Source: Planctomycetota bacterium
GTDB lineage: Bacteria > Planctomycetota > B15-G4 > JADJEK01
Assembly: GCA_044225365.1 (NCBI GenBank)
Contig: JBGAIQ010000001.1
Location: 288,001 to 352,000 of the forward strand
Length of the DNA: 64,000 bases
Direction: 5' to 3'
The notes below the pieces were generated by a model that was given only the letters and a program-made list of their open reading frames with translations, was not told where the DNA came from and searched no databases. Shown piece by piece: positions 44,538 to 54,697 of the stretch. The number at the start of each line of letters is the position of its first letter. The first letter of the stretch is position 1. The position numbers and the translations under genes were made by a program.

Positions 44538-45691
44538 AGACCGCCATCGTCTGTTTTGCCCTGGGAGTGGGTTTCGCCTACACGGTGTTCGACGGCGAGT
44601 CGCCGGCGCCGGTCCAGGCACCCGCGAAGCCCGAGACCGACCCCAAGAAGGCCAAGGAGCCCGCAGCGGAGCCCGCACCGGCGCCAGATGCGTCGAAGAA
44701 GCCAGCGGATCCAAACGCGAAGCCCGCCGAGCCGGACGCGAAGCCTGCGGATCCGAATGCAAAGAAAGAAGAGAAGCCGGAAGCGGCGGTTCCGGAAGCG
44801 AAGGACGTTGCGCGGCCCCTCCCGCACGACGGAACGGAGGAAACCGGTCCGAGTGTGTCGGTGCCGACGGTGACGGCGACCGCGACCGGTGGATCCCTCG
44901 CGCCCGACATCGGGTCCTACGAGAACGGACAGGAAGAGGCCGCGCGCATCGTCGCGGAGGCGACGAGCGGACTCGAGAGCCAGACACCGCTCAGCGATCA
45001 GGAGATGAAGGCGCTCCTCCGCGACGTCCTCGGCGGCGCCGATAGCGACGTCAGCGCGCTGGACGTGCTCGAGAAGCAAGTCCTCCAGGAACGGCTCGAA
45101 CTGAACGCCCTCATCGGCCAGGGACCCGACGCAAAGAGCCTCCTCGACAAGATCCCGGGATTCAACGACGAACTCGAGAAGATCGGGATTCCGGCCGACA
45201 TCGCGGAGCAGATTCGCAATCTCTCCGCCAAGGTCATCGAGCTGCACGGCGAGAAGAGTCTGCGCGACTGGACCAAGTACGAAGAGATCGGCAAGAAATC
45301 CGAGCCCGAGGGCTTCAAGTCGATCACGGATCCGAGCGCTACCGCGGAAGCGGCGCCGCCTCCGCCCAAGACCCGGCCGCGGTCCTCGCTTCCGAAGCTC
45401 GAAGCCGCATTGCTCTTCCAATCGGGCAACGCGGACGAGGCTCTCGAGATCCTCTCGAAGCTGCCCGAGGGCGACCTCGCTGCGCAGGATCGGTTCATCC
45501 TCGGAAGCTGCCTCGTCGCGAAGCGACAGTTCGAGCAGGCCGCGGCCGTCCTGAAGCCGCTCGCCGAGTCGAAGGACAGCGACATGCTCGCACAGGCTGC
45601 GAAACGTCAATTGAAGCGCATGGAGATGATCGAAGCCGGACTCGTCGGCCTCGATCCGCTCGAGAAGGCGCGCGTGGAGAATCAGAAATGA
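44534..45691 (+). CDS. Hypothetical exported protein with Pro/Ala/Lys linker and C-terminal TPR
   Basis: Hydrophobic N-terminus, PAD/AKP repeats, terminal TPRs (GNADEALEIL...FILGSCL...FEQAAAVLKPL). Stop overlaps the kinase start. Confidence 0.7.
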   Translation: MKTAIVCFALGVGFAYTVFDGESPAPVQAPAKPETDPKKAKEPAAEPAPAPDASKKPADPNAKPAEPDAKPADPNAKKEEKPEAAVPEAKDVARPLPHDGTEETGPSVSVPTVTATATGGSLAPDIGSYENGQEEAARIVAEATSGLESQTPLSDQEMKALLRDVLGGADSDVSALDVLEKQVLQERLELNALIGQGPDAKSLLDKIPGFNDELEKIGIPADIAEQIRNLSAKVIELHGEKSLRDWTKYEEIGKKSEPEGFKSITDPSATAEAAPPPPKTRPRSSLPKLEAALLFQSGNADEALEILSKLPEGDLAAQDRFILGSCLVAKRQFEQAAAVLKPLAESKDSDMLAQAAKRQLKRMEMIEAGLVGLDPLEKARVENQK

Positions 45692-46950
45692 CCAAGTCTC
45701 CTTCCACCCTCGAGAAGGGCGGCGATCTCGCCGCGCTCCGCGCCCTCTCGGACGCTGCGCGCCGCGTCGAGGCCGCATACTCCAAGCTGCGCCACGGCGC
45801 TGCGCGGCTCGATCAGGAACTCGCCGACGCGAATCGCCGACTCGAGCAGAAGGTCGTCGAGTTGGAACACCTCTCGGGGTCGCTCGCCGCCGTGCTCTCC
45901 GCGATCCCGTGCGGGGTCGTGGTCGCGGATGGCGACGGCGTGGTGATCATGGCGAATCCCGCGGCGCAGCGGATCCTCGGCGTGAGCCAGAAGGATCTGC
46001 TGGGACGGCCGGCCGCCTCGGTCGTCGACGAGAACGGCCAGAAGCTCCTGCTCCTGCCGCGCGGTGAATGTTCCGACATCGAGCGGCCGGTCGCTTCCCC
46101 CGACTCCAAGGAAGGGGCTCGGATCGTTCGCGGCAGCGTGGTTGCCGTGAAGGACGCCGCCGGCGAATTCCTCGGTCGCGTCGAACTGCTCGACGATCGG
46201 ACCGAAGTGAAGACATTGGAGGAAGAAGTGCGACGCCTCGACCGGCTGGCCGAGCTCGGTCGCGTCGCCGCGATCCTCGCCCATGAGATCCGCAATCCGC
46301 TCTCCGGCATCCGGGGCTTCGCCGGGATGCTCGAGCGAAAGCTCAAGGATGGGGACGGTCGTGAATCCGAACTTCGCTACGCCCGCCGGATCTGCGAGGG
46401 CGCGGATCGCGCCGACGCGATCATCGACAGCGTGCTCTTCCTCGCTCGCCCGCGCCCGCTGCGTCACGAGACCGTCGACGTCGAGAGCTTCTTCTGCGAT
46501 TGCTGGGAGAGCGTTGCGCATGCCGATCCCGCTCGCGCCAGGGGCGTCGAGGTCAAGCTCGACGTCTCGCCCCGCGGCCTCGCGATCCACGCCGATCGAG
46601 TGCGCCTCGCTCAGGGCGTCTCCAACCTCCTCACGAATGCTCTCCATGCGACGAGCTCGACCGGTGGCAAGGGACACATCGAACTCTCGGCGCGGGTGAA
46701 CGGCGAATTCATGACCCTGCGAATCGCGGACGACGGCCCGGGCATCGATCGGGAATCGTTGCCGCATCTCTTCGAACCGTTCTTCACGACGAAGAGCGAG
46801 GGCGCGGGCCTCGGCCTCGCGCTGGTCCAGCGCGTCGCGGAGCTGCATGGCGGCAAGGTCCGCGTGACGAGCGAGAAGGGCAAGGGCGCGGCGTTCTGCC
46901 TCGACCTCCCGATGCACAAGAACCTCGAGACGGAAACGGCCTGCGCATGA
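45688..46950 (+). CDS. Cytoplasmic PAS sensor histidine kinase (FleS/FlrB/FlgS-like)
   Basis: PAS (GVVVADGDG...ANPAAQRILG), H-box LAHEIRNPL, N-box NLLTNA, DDGPGI, FEPFFTTK.EGAGLGL. No TM. Confidence 0.92.
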   Translation: MTKSPSTLEKGGDLAALRALSDAARRVEAAYSKLRHGAARLDQELADANRRLEQKVVELEHLSGSLAAVLSAIPCGVVVADGDGVVIMANPAAQRILGVSQKDLLGRPAASVVDENGQKLLLLPRGECSDIERPVASPDSKEGARIVRGSVVAVKDAAGEFLGRVELLDDRTEVKTLEEEVRRLDRLAELGRVAAILAHEIRNPLSGIRGFAGMLERKLKDGDGRESELRYARRICEGADRADAIIDSVLFLARPRPLRHETVDVESFFCDCWESVAHADPARARGVEVKLDVSPRGLAIHADRVRLAQGVSNLLTNALHATSSTGGKGHIELSARVNGEFMTLRIADDGPGIDRESLPHLFEPFFTTKSEGAGLGLALVQRVAELHGGKVRVTSEKGKGAAFCLDLPMHKNLETETACA

Positions 46951-48416
46951 TCGAGAACGTACTGATCGTCGACGACGAACCGCTGGCGCGCGAGTTCCTC
47001 GCGGAGTTCCTCTCCGACAAGGGAATCCACGTGGTCGCCTGCGACAACGCGCAGGACGCTTTCTCCCGGCTCACCGAAGGCCGCTTCGACCTGGTGATCA
47101 CGGATCTGCGGATGCCCGGCGACGATGGGTTCGCGCTCTTGCGCCGGATCCGACTTTCCGGCCGCGAGCTTCCGGTGATCGTGAACACGGCGTACGGCTC
47201 GGTCGACGCCGCAGTGAAGGCCCTGAAGGAAGGCGCGTTCGACTTCCTCACCAAGCCGCTGCGACCGGAGCTCATCGATTCGGTGCTGGCGAACGTCTCG
47301 CAGTACATCGCTCAATCGAATTCGAGCGGTGTCGCCGGTACGGCCGGACTCGCCGCGCCGCCGATCGACCGCGCTCGCGCGTGTCTCTCGGCTGGCATGC
47401 CGCTCGTCGGCAAGTCGCAGGCGCTGCGCGGACTCGTCGACACCGCGATCCGTGTCGCGAGGTCGCGCGCCACGGTCCTGATCACGGGCGAGAGCGGCAC
47501 GGGCAAGGAGTTGTTCGCCCGCCTCATCCACAAGGAATCGCCGCGGCGCGACCGGCCGTTCGTGCGCGTCAACTGCGCGGCGCTCGCGGAGACGCTCCTC
47601 GAGAGCGAGTTGTTCGGACATGAGCGCGGCGCGTTCACCGGTGCGGTCGCGCGGCGCGAGGGTCGCTTCGAACTGGCGGATGGTGGCACGTTGTTCCTCG
47701 ACGAGATCGGAGAGACGAGTCCCGCGCTGCAGGCGAAGCTCCTGCGCGTGCTCGAAGAGCGGGAGTTCGAGCGTGTCGGCGGCAGCAAGACGCTGACGAC
47801 CGACGTCCGCGTCATCGCGGCGACGAATCGCGACCTCGAGAAGGAGATCGCCGCCGGCAAGTTCCGCGACGACCTGTTCTATCGCCTGAAGGTGGTACAG
47901 CTCGCGATCCCCGCGCTGCGGGAGCGTCGCGACGACATCGAAGCGCTCGCGCTGCACTTCCTCGAGAAGTACGCCCGCGAGAACGGCTCGCGCGTGAAGC
48001 GCATCAGCGACGCTGCGATGACAATGCTGAAGACGCAGGGCTGGCAGGGCAACGTGCGCGAGCTCGAGAACGCGATCGAGCGCGCCGTCGTCCTCGATCC
48101 CGGCGAGACCCTCGAGCCGAGGCACTTCGGCATCGCCGGCGTCAGCGGAACGGGTGACGAGGCGGGCGCGACGGGCGTGCCCGACGTCTCGGCGCACGTC
48201 GGATGCACGCTCGAGCGGGTCGAACGCGCGCTCATCCTGCGAACGCTCGAGAGCACGGGCAATCGCCGCAAGGAAGCGGCGCGCATCCTCGGCGTCACGC
48301 CGCGCACGCTCACGAACAAGATCGCTCAATTCCGTCGCGAAGGGATCCATGTCGGGCCGCCGCAGCGCCAGCGCGCGGGGGTCGGTGCGATGGCCTTCCA
48401 CTCCGAGGAGGTTTGA
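46947..48416 (+). CDS. Sigma-54-dependent response regulator (FleR/FlrC/FlgR-like)
   Basis: REC (LIVDDE, DLRMP), AAA+ GESGTGKE, ESELFGHERGAFTGA, FLDEIGE, C-terminal HTH. Confidence 0.95.
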   Translation: MIENVLIVDDEPLAREFLAEFLSDKGIHVVACDNAQDAFSRLTEGRFDLVITDLRMPGDDGFALLRRIRLSGRELPVIVNTAYGSVDAAVKALKEGAFDFLTKPLRPELIDSVLANVSQYIAQSNSSGVAGTAGLAAPPIDRARACLSAGMPLVGKSQALRGLVDTAIRVARSRATVLITGESGTGKELFARLIHKESPRRDRPFVRVNCAALAETLLESELFGHERGAFTGAVARREGRFELADGGTLFLDEIGETSPALQAKLLRVLEEREFERVGGSKTLTTDVRVIAATNRDLEKEIAAGKFRDDLFYRLKVVQLAIPALRERRDDIEALALHFLEKYARENGSRVKRISDAAMTMLKTQGWQGNVRELENAIERAVVLDPGETLEPRHFGIAGVSGTGDEAGATGVPDVSAHVGCTLERVERALILRTLESTGNRRKEAARILGVTPRTLTNKIAQFRREGIHVGPPQRQRAGVGAMAFHSEEV

Positions 48417-48418
48417 TC

Positions 48419-48754
48419 ATGCAAGCCGATAGCACTCGTTTGTTGACCGCGGCCCTCGACGGGCTCGCAGCTCGCCAGCGCGCGATCTCCGCGAACCTCG
48501 CGAACAGCAGCACGCCGGGGTACAAGCGCATGACCGTCAGTTTCGAGGATCAGCTCGAGAGCGCGAAGAAGGGCATCTCCATCGCGCCGAAGTTCGATCG
48601 CGACTCTGCACAGGGTGGCCCGGACGGCAACAACGTCGACCCCGCTACCGAAGTCGGGCAGCTCACGCGCGTCGAGCTCAGTTACCAGGTGATCGCCCGG
48701 GCCGTGGCGATGGAATCGAATCAACTCCGCGCCGCGATCAGCGGTCACGCGTGA
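48419..48754 (+). CDS. flgB: Flagellar proximal rod protein FlgB
   Basis: ALDGLAARQRAISANLANSSTPGYKR, DGNNVD; GAGGAG RBS. Confidence 0.93.
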   Translation: MQADSTRLLTAALDGLAARQRAISANLANSSTPGYKRMTVSFEDQLESAKKGISIAPKFDRDSAQGGPDGNNVDPATEVGQLTRVELSYQVIARAVAMESNQLRAAISGHA

Positions 48755-48777
48755 ATCGAGAAAGCAGGCAAGCGAAC

Positions 48778-49197
48778 ATGTCGAACAAGATCGAACCCTT
48801 TCGCGCACTCGACATCGCCGGCTCCGGCCTCTCGGCCGAGCAGAAGCGGCTCGAGATCATCGCCGGCAACCTCGCAAACGCGCAGACGACGAAGACTCCC
48901 GAGGGTGGCCCGTACCGTCGCAAGGAAGTCGTTTTCAAGACGATCTACGACGGACAGGACCGTGCGCCGATCGTCAAGGTCGCGGGCGTCCACTCGGACG
49001 ACAGCGACTTCAAGCGCGTCTTCAAGGGCGTGGGGGCGCCCGATGCGGACAAGGACGGATACGTCGCGTATCCCAACGTCGACGCCGTCTACGAGATGGT
49101 GGACATGATGGAGGCGATGCGCTCCTACGAGGCGAATCTGCGCTCGATCAAGACGTTCCGGACGATGGCGGACGCAGCCCTGCAGATCGGTCGCTGA
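48778..49197 (+). CDS. flgC: Flagellar proximal rod protein FlgC
   Basis: IAGSGLSAE..RLEIIAGNLANAQTT..PEGGPYRRK, GYVAYPNVD, RSYEAN. Confidence 0.96.
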   Translation: MSNKIEPFRALDIAGSGLSAEQKRLEIIAGNLANAQTTKTPEGGPYRRKEVVFKTIYDGQDRAPIVKVAGVHSDDSDFKRVFKGVGAPDADKDGYVAYPNVDAVYEMVDMMEAMRSYEANLRSIKTFRTMADAALQIGR

Positions 49198-49208
49198 GGA
49201 GGAATCCC

Positions 49209-49529
49209 ATGGAAGCACTCGCACTCGATGCCATCTCGAACGGTCTGTCCAACATCACGAGGCCGGAGCGGAACTCGTCGGTCACCCCCGCGCGTGGCGA
49301 CGGCTTCGGTACGACGTTTCGCGACCTGCTCGGCAACGTGCTCGAGACGTCGGAGACGAAGCAGAACGAAGCGACGCAGATCACCGAGTCGTTCGCGAAG
49401 GGCGAGTCCCAGGACCTCCATCGCGTGATGACCGCGCTCAACGAAGCCGACGTCTCCTTCCGCCTCGTGCTCGAAGTGCGCAACAAGCTCGTCGACGCCT
49501 GGCAAGAGATCAAGCGGATGCCGATCTGA
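49209..49529 (+). CDS. fliE: Hook-basal body protein FliE
   Basis: DLHRVM...EVRNKLVDAWQEIKRMPI. Confidence 0.95.
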   Translation: MEALALDAISNGLSNITRPERNSSVTPARGDGFGTTFRDLLGNVLETSETKQNEATQITESFAKGESQDLHRVMTALNEADVSFRLVLEVRNKLVDAWQEIKRMPI

Positions 49530-49579
49530 GGTTCGCCTCGTAGGCGAATGGGAACGAATAGGAATCGCGGAGAGACCCC

Positions 49580-51187
49580 TTGAAGCAGTTGCTCGCACAA
49601 CTCACGCAGATCTGGTCGGGCGGAACGCCGACCCAGCGCGTGCTCGGAATCCTGTCGCTCGTCATCGTCGGGCTCGGGATCGGCGGCGGCGTCTGGTTCG
49701 CGATGCGGCCGGATCATGCGCTCCTGTTCGGCAATCTCGATCCCGCGGACGCGGGTCTCGTCGTCGAGCAGGTTCGCAAAGCCGGCGTCGAGGCCGAGGT
49801 CCGCGGCGGCGGCACGGCCGTCTACGTCCCGTCGAACAAGGTCGACGAGATGCGCATGATCGTCGCGCAGGCCGGACTGCCGAAGACGAGCGGGACGGGA
49901 TGGGAGCTGTTCGATACTTCCAGCTTCGGGATCTCCGACTTCGTGCAGAACATCAACTTCCTGCGCGCCAAGCAGACTTCGCTCGAGCGGGCGATCGCGA
50001 AGTTCGACGGCGTCGAGAGCGCGACCGTCGAGATCACGAAGGCGAAGGAATCGGCGTTCGTCGCGGCCTCCGAGCCGGCGAAGGCGTCGGTGATGGTGGC
50101 CCTCAAGGCCGGACGGCAGCTCAGCCCGGAAAGCGTTCGCGCCATCACGCACCTCGTGGCCGGTGCGATCGACGGCCTCGACGCGAGCAACGTCAGCGTG
50201 ATGGACACCAAGATGCACCTGCTGTCGGAAGCCGGCGGCGGGCCGCTCGCGATCAACACCAGCAACCAGATCGACTATCAGCGCAACTCCGAGGACTACC
50301 TCGGCCACAAGGCGGAGGGCCTCCTCGCGCTCGCGGGAATCGCGGGTGCGGTGCGAGTGAATCTCGACATCGATTTCCAGCACGTGAAGCAGACTTCCGA
50401 GAAATTCGATCCCGTAGGAACTGCGACCAGCGAGACGCTGGAGACCTCCTCGACGCAGAGCGGTACCAATGGCAACAAGGGCGCCGTCTCCGCGAAGGAG
50501 CAGATCGATCCGAAGACCCAGGACACGAGCGGGGGCGAGACGTCGAACGAGACGAAGGAGACGAGCAAGACCGAGAAGAAGGTCGGCCGCACCGTCAAGT
50601 CCGAGGAGAACGCGACGCCCGTCGTGAAGCGTCTGTCCGTCAGCCTCGTCGTCCAGGACCAGTTCAAGGACAAGCTGAAGGACATCGAGAAGATCGTGAA
50701 GAGCGCGGTCGGCTTCGACGACAAGCGCGGCGACGTCCTGAACTCGATGGTGGGTGCGCTGGAAGCGGCGAAGCCCGTCACGGATCTTCCCGTCGCGGCG
50801 CCGATGTGGCCCGCCCTCGTCGAGCGCGGCATCCAGATCGTCGGCGTCCTCGGCGCGCTGTTCGTCCTCCTCAAGCTGATCAAGGCGATCGAGAGCAAGC
50901 CGGGCACGGTCCGCGCGGTCCCGATCATCTCCGCGAACGGCACCGTCATCCAGGTGGAGCCTGGCGCTCCGCTGCCACCCGGCGCGCGCAGCATCGCGCC
51001 AGAGGCCGCGAATCCGCAGGTGCTGACTGCACCGACCCGGGGCGGAGTGGTGACGGCGGCGTCGGCCGCGGTCCAGGCCGAGCACTCGCCGAATCTTCCG
51101 GACTTCGTCCGCGAGACCGTGAAGACGGATCCCGCCGGCGCGACGCGCGTCCTCCAGAGCTGGCTGCGTGAAGGGGAGCACAACTGA
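49580..51187 (+). CDS. fliF: MS-ring protein FliF
   Basis: LLFGNLDPADAG, GWELFD..SFGISDFVQNINF.RA, KRLSVSLVV, SAVGFDDKRGD; two TMs. Confidence 0.96.
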   Translation: MKQLLAQLTQIWSGGTPTQRVLGILSLVIVGLGIGGGVWFAMRPDHALLFGNLDPADAGLVVEQVRKAGVEAEVRGGGTAVYVPSNKVDEMRMIVAQAGLPKTSGTGWELFDTSSFGISDFVQNINFLRAKQTSLERAIAKFDGVESATVEITKAKESAFVAASEPAKASVMVALKAGRQLSPESVRAITHLVAGAIDGLDASNVSVMDTKMHLLSEAGGGPLAINTSNQIDYQRNSEDYLGHKAEGLLALAGIAGAVRVNLDIDFQHVKQTSEKFDPVGTATSETLETSSTQSGTNGNKGAVSAKEQIDPKTQDTSGGETSNETKETSKTEKKVGRTVKSEENATPVVKRLSVSLVVQDQFKDKLKDIEKIVKSAVGFDDKRGDVLNSMVGALEAAKPVTDLPVAAPMWPALVERGIQIVGVLGALFVLLKLIKAIESKPGTVRAVPIISANGTVIQVEPGAPLPPGARSIAPEAANPQVLTAPTRGGVVTAASAAVQAEHSPNLPDFVRETVKTDPAGATRVLQSWLREGEHN

Positions 51188-52197
51188 TGATCTCCGCGAA
51201 GGGAGCTGCAAAGGTCGCGACGTTGCTCTTGTCCCTCGACAAGGGCACGGCCACCGCATTGCTGAAGCGGCTTCCCGAGGAAGATCGTCGGGCGGTCACG
51301 AAGGCGCTCGCGGACATGCCGGACGTCGTGATCCATCGTGAACAGCAGGAGACGCTGCTGAAGGAATTCCGGCTCACACTCGATGCATCCGAAGGCGCCG
51401 CGGCGGGGGCCGAGCAGATCTGCTCGCTCTTGTCCGAAGCGCTCGGCAACGAGGCCGCGTCCGTCGCCGATCGGCTGAAGACGCAGGAGCGACTGAATCG
51501 GGCGCGCGGCGCGCTGATGGAGCTCGACGCCTCGGCGCTCAGCTTCCTGCTGCGCGGCGAACATCCGCAGGCGGTCGCGGTGGTGCTCTTCGAACTCGGG
51601 CCCGAGCTCGCAGCCGGCGTGATGCCGTCCTTCGAGGAGATGATGCAGCAGGAGTTGATCGAGCGCATGGTGACGATGCGCCCCGCGCCTCCCGAACTCG
51701 TGTGCGAGCTGCTCGACGCCGCGCTCGCAAAGGCGGCTTCGATCGAGCGGACGCAGACCGGCAGCGCGATCAGCACCGAGTCGCGGCTCAAGACCGTCGC
51801 GACGATCCTCAACAAGTTCCGTGACGAGGCGCAGCAGAGCCTCCTCATGAACCTGGAGATCAACGCTCCCGAACTCGCGGACCAGGTTCGCCAGCAGCTC
51901 TTCACGTTCGACGACTTGATGAAGCTCGGCCCGCGCGACCTGCAAAAGGTGCTGTCGGGTGTCGACACGAAGGTCCTCGCGACGGCTCTCAAGGGCGCGA
52001 GCAAGGAACAGCAGGACTTCCTGCTCGGCAACGTCAGCAAGCGCACGGTCGAGCGCGTCCAGGAAGAGCGCGAGACGATGGGCGCGGTGAAGCTCTCGGA
52101 AGTCCGCCAGGCCCAGACCGACATGGCCGGCGTGGCGCGCGATCTGATCCAGCGCGGCGAGATCCAATTCGGCGGAGGAGACGAGCTTGTCGCCTGA
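51187..52197 (+). CDS. fliG: Motor switch protein FliG
   Basis: KVATLLLSL, EHPQ, LFTFDDL, ALKGAS, VSKR. Confidence 0.93.
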   Translation: MISAKGAAKVATLLLSLDKGTATALLKRLPEEDRRAVTKALADMPDVVIHREQQETLLKEFRLTLDASEGAAAGAEQICSLLSEALGNEAASVADRLKTQERLNRARGALMELDASALSFLLRGEHPQAVAVVLFELGPELAAGVMPSFEEMMQQELIERMVTMRPAPPELVCELLDAALAKAASIERTQTGSAISTESRLKTVATILNKFRDEAQQSLLMNLEINAPELADQVRQQLFTFDDLMKLGPRDLQKVLSGVDTKVLATALKGASKEQQDFLLGNVSKRTVERVQEERETMGAVKLSEVRQAQTDMAGVARDLIQRGEIQFGGGDELVA

Positions 52198-52861
52198 ACC
52201 CTCGAAGTCTGCACCCGCGAAGGAACCGGAGAAGGTCTTCGTGCCATCGATCCACTTCGATCGCCTGCCGATCCGACTCAAAGTGGCGGGCGAGAGCCAG
52301 AGCGTCGTCGACTTCGTGCCGGAGCTCGACGAGAGCGGCAAAGCGCGGGTCCGCGAGGAAGCGGAGCGTCGTGCTCGCGCCGAGGCGGAGGCCGCTGCGC
52401 AGCGGGCGGACGTCGATCGCAACAAGCGCCTCGAGGCCGGAATCGCGGCGCTCGTCGCGAGCGCGCAGCACGTGCGATCGGAGCTGACCGCCGAGATCGC
52501 GGCGATGGAACCCGAGCTCGCGAAGCTCTCCTTCGCGATCGCCGCGCGGGCGCTCAAGACCTCGATGGAGGGCGATCCGCTCCATCTCCTTCCCGCGATC
52601 GAGAACGCGATCGCCAAGCTTCGCGCGGGCCTCGACGACGCCGACGTCGTCACGGTCCATGTTGCCGCGAGCGACGTCGAAAGGATCACGGCCGCGGTCG
52701 GTCCGTCCTACGCCGACGGAAAGGTTCGGATCGTCGCCGAGGCGGGCTACGAGCCGGGCCGGTTCGAAGCGCGATGTGACATCCGCAGGATCCGTCACGC
52801 CATCGCGTCCGAACTTGCGTCGATCGCCGCGGAGCTGGCGGAGGACGGAAGCCATGGTTGA
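52187..52861 (+). CDS. fliH: Flagellar export ATPase regulator FliH (divergent)
   Basis: Lies between fliG and fliI; helical stalk plus VTVHVAASD C-domain. Confidence 0.7.
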   Translation: MSPEPSKSAPAKEPEKVFVPSIHFDRLPIRLKVAGESQSVVDFVPELDESGKARVREEAERRARAEAEAAAQRADVDRNKRLEAGIAALVASAQHVRSELTAEIAAMEPELAKLSFAIAARALKTSMEGDPLHLLPAIENAIAKLRAGLDDADVVTVHVAASDVERITAAVGPSYADGKVRIVAEAGYEPGRFEARCDIRRIRHAIASELASIAAELAEDGSHG

Positions 52862-54182
52862 TCGCCTGGCGTCTTCTCTCGCTCGGCGCGCGAGCCCCAT
52901 GCTCCGCAAGGCCGACCTCGTCGTCGAAGGCAGCGTGACCCGCGTGATCGGGATCACGGCGGAGTGCCGCGGACTGTCCCTCGACCTCGGGGAACTCGCC
53001 GCGATCGAGCGTCGCGACGGCACCGAGCTGCTCGCCGAGGCGATCGGATTCCACGGCGACGTCACGGTGCTGATGCCGCTCTCCGAGCTGCGCGGAATCG
53101 GGCCCGGCGCCCACGTGCGTAGCGTCGGATCGCGCCTCGACGCCCCCGCGGGCAACGGCCTCCTCGGTCGCGTGCTCGACGGACTCGGACGACCCCAGGA
53201 CGGCGGCAAGGCCCTCGCCCATTGCGAGCGCGTCGCCGTCGATCGCGATGCTCCGGACCCTCACACCCGCCGCCCGATCCGCGAGGCGTGCGTGACGGGC
53301 GTCAAATCGATCGACGGATTGCTCACGCTCGGCAAGGGCCAGCGCATCGGCATCTTCGCGGGCGCCGGCGTCGGCAAGAGCACGCTGCTCGGCGCTCTCG
53401 CCGCGCGCAGCCGTGCGGACGTGACCGTGATCTGCCTCATCGGCGAGCGCGGTCGCGAGGTGTACGACTTCGTGCGCGACTCGCTCGGACCCGAGGGATT
53501 GCGCAAGTCCGTCGTGATCGCGGCGCCTTCGGACTCGCCGCCGCTCGAGCGCTTCAAGGCGCCGTTCGTGGCGACCGCGATCGCCGAGTGGTTCCGCGAT
53601 CAGGGCAAGGATGTCCTGCTCGTGATGGACTCGCTGACCCGTTTCGGATTCGCAGCTCGCGAAGTCGGTCTCGCCCTCGGCGAGCCGCCGACCGCGAAGG
53701 GATACCCGCCGTCGTTGTTCTCGCAACTGCCGCGGCTCGTCGAACGCGTCGGCGCGCTGGAGAAGGGCAGCATCACCGGGATCTACACGGTCCTCGTCGA
53801 AGGCGACGATCTCACCGATCCGGTCGCCGACTCGGTGCGCTCGTTGATCGACGGCCACATCGTCCTGCGGCGCGCGCTCGCCGAGAAGGGCCAGTATCCG
53901 GCGGTCGACGTCCTCGCGTCGGTCAGTCGCTTGATGTCGCACGTCACGACGCCGGAGCACCGGAAGCTCGCGGAGCGATTCCGCCGCCTCCTCGCGCTAC
54001 ATCGCGACCACAAGGATCTGATCGACGTCGGCGCGTATCGTCCGGGCGCCGACAAGGCGGTCGACGAAGCGATCGCGCGGATCGCCCATCTCGAGGAGTT
54101 CCTGAGGCAGGATCTCTCTGCGCCGTTCGACTTCAAGGCGACGCTCTCCGCGATCGCGACCGCGATCGGAGGCGCACGATGA
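52854..54182 (+). CDS. fliI: Flagellar export ATPase FliI
   Basis: GQRIGIFAGAGVGKST, LIGERGREV, MDSLTRF, GEPPTAKGYPPS, DGHIVL. Confidence 0.97.
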   Translation: MVDRLASSLARRASPMLRKADLVVEGSVTRVIGITAECRGLSLDLGELAAIERRDGTELLAEAIGFHGDVTVLMPLSELRGIGPGAHVRSVGSRLDAPAGNGLLGRVLDGLGRPQDGGKALAHCERVAVDRDAPDPHTRRPIREACVTGVKSIDGLLTLGKGQRIGIFAGAGVGKSTLLGALAARSRADVTVICLIGERGREVYDFVRDSLGPEGLRKSVVIAAPSDSPPLERFKAPFVATAIAEWFRDQGKDVLLVMDSLTRFGFAAREVGLALGEPPTAKGYPPSLFSQLPRLVERVGALEKGSITGIYTVLVEGDDLTDPVADSVRSLIDGHIVLRRALAEKGQYPAVDVLASVSRLMSHVTTPEHRKLAERFRRLLALHRDHKDLIDVGAYRPGADKAVDEAIARIAHLEEFLRQDLSAPFDFKATLSAIATAIGGAR

Positions 54183-54685
54183 GTCTCGCCCGCGAATTGA
54201 AGGACGGCGTCCAGCGAGTTGCGCGACTCCTGCGCCTCCGCGAATTCGAAGAGCGCGCGCGTCGTCAGGACTGGGGCGCGGCGCTCGCAGTCGAAGTCGA
54301 TGCACAGCGCAAGGTCGACGATGTCCGCGGCGACATCGTCCGCTTGCGGGATGGCCTGCGTCAGTCGCTCGCGAAAGGCGAGGTCGCGGGGAGTGCACTC
54401 CTCGACTTCCAGGCGGCGATGGACGCCGCCGAGGAACGCGTCGATCGCGCGCTCGTGGGTCTCGATCGTGCTCGTCGCGATCGCATCGCGAAGGAATCGA
54501 TCTGGCGCGACAGCCGACGCCGCGCGCTCGCGCTCGAGCGCCTTCGCGACCGCCGCAAGGAGCGGTATGGCGAGGAAGTCGCGCGTCTCGAACGCAAGGA
54601 GAGCGACGAGGTCGCGATCCTCCGCTTCGTGCGGCAGAAGCAAGACACCGAACACACCCGGTCGGAAACGACCGCGAAGAGCTGA
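54179..54685 (+). CDS. fliJ: Flagellar export chaperone FliJ
   Basis: ATGA overlap with fliI; coiled coil ending LERLRDR...ERKESDEVA. Confidence 0.8.
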   Translation: MSLARELKDGVQRVARLLRLREFEERARRQDWGAALAVEVDAQRKVDDVRGDIVRLRDGLRQSLAKGEVAGSALLDFQAAMDAAEERVDRALVGLDRARRDRIAKESIWRDSRRRALALERLRDRRKERYGEEVARLERKESDEVAILRFVRQKQDTEHTRSETTAKS

Positions 54686-54697
54686 GAAGGAATCGTC

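Noticed and set aside
27224-54182. Non-flagellar type III injectisome
   Set aside because: Flagellin, hook, rod, cap, stator and FliG/M/N genes are present; there is no secretin, needle or translocon.
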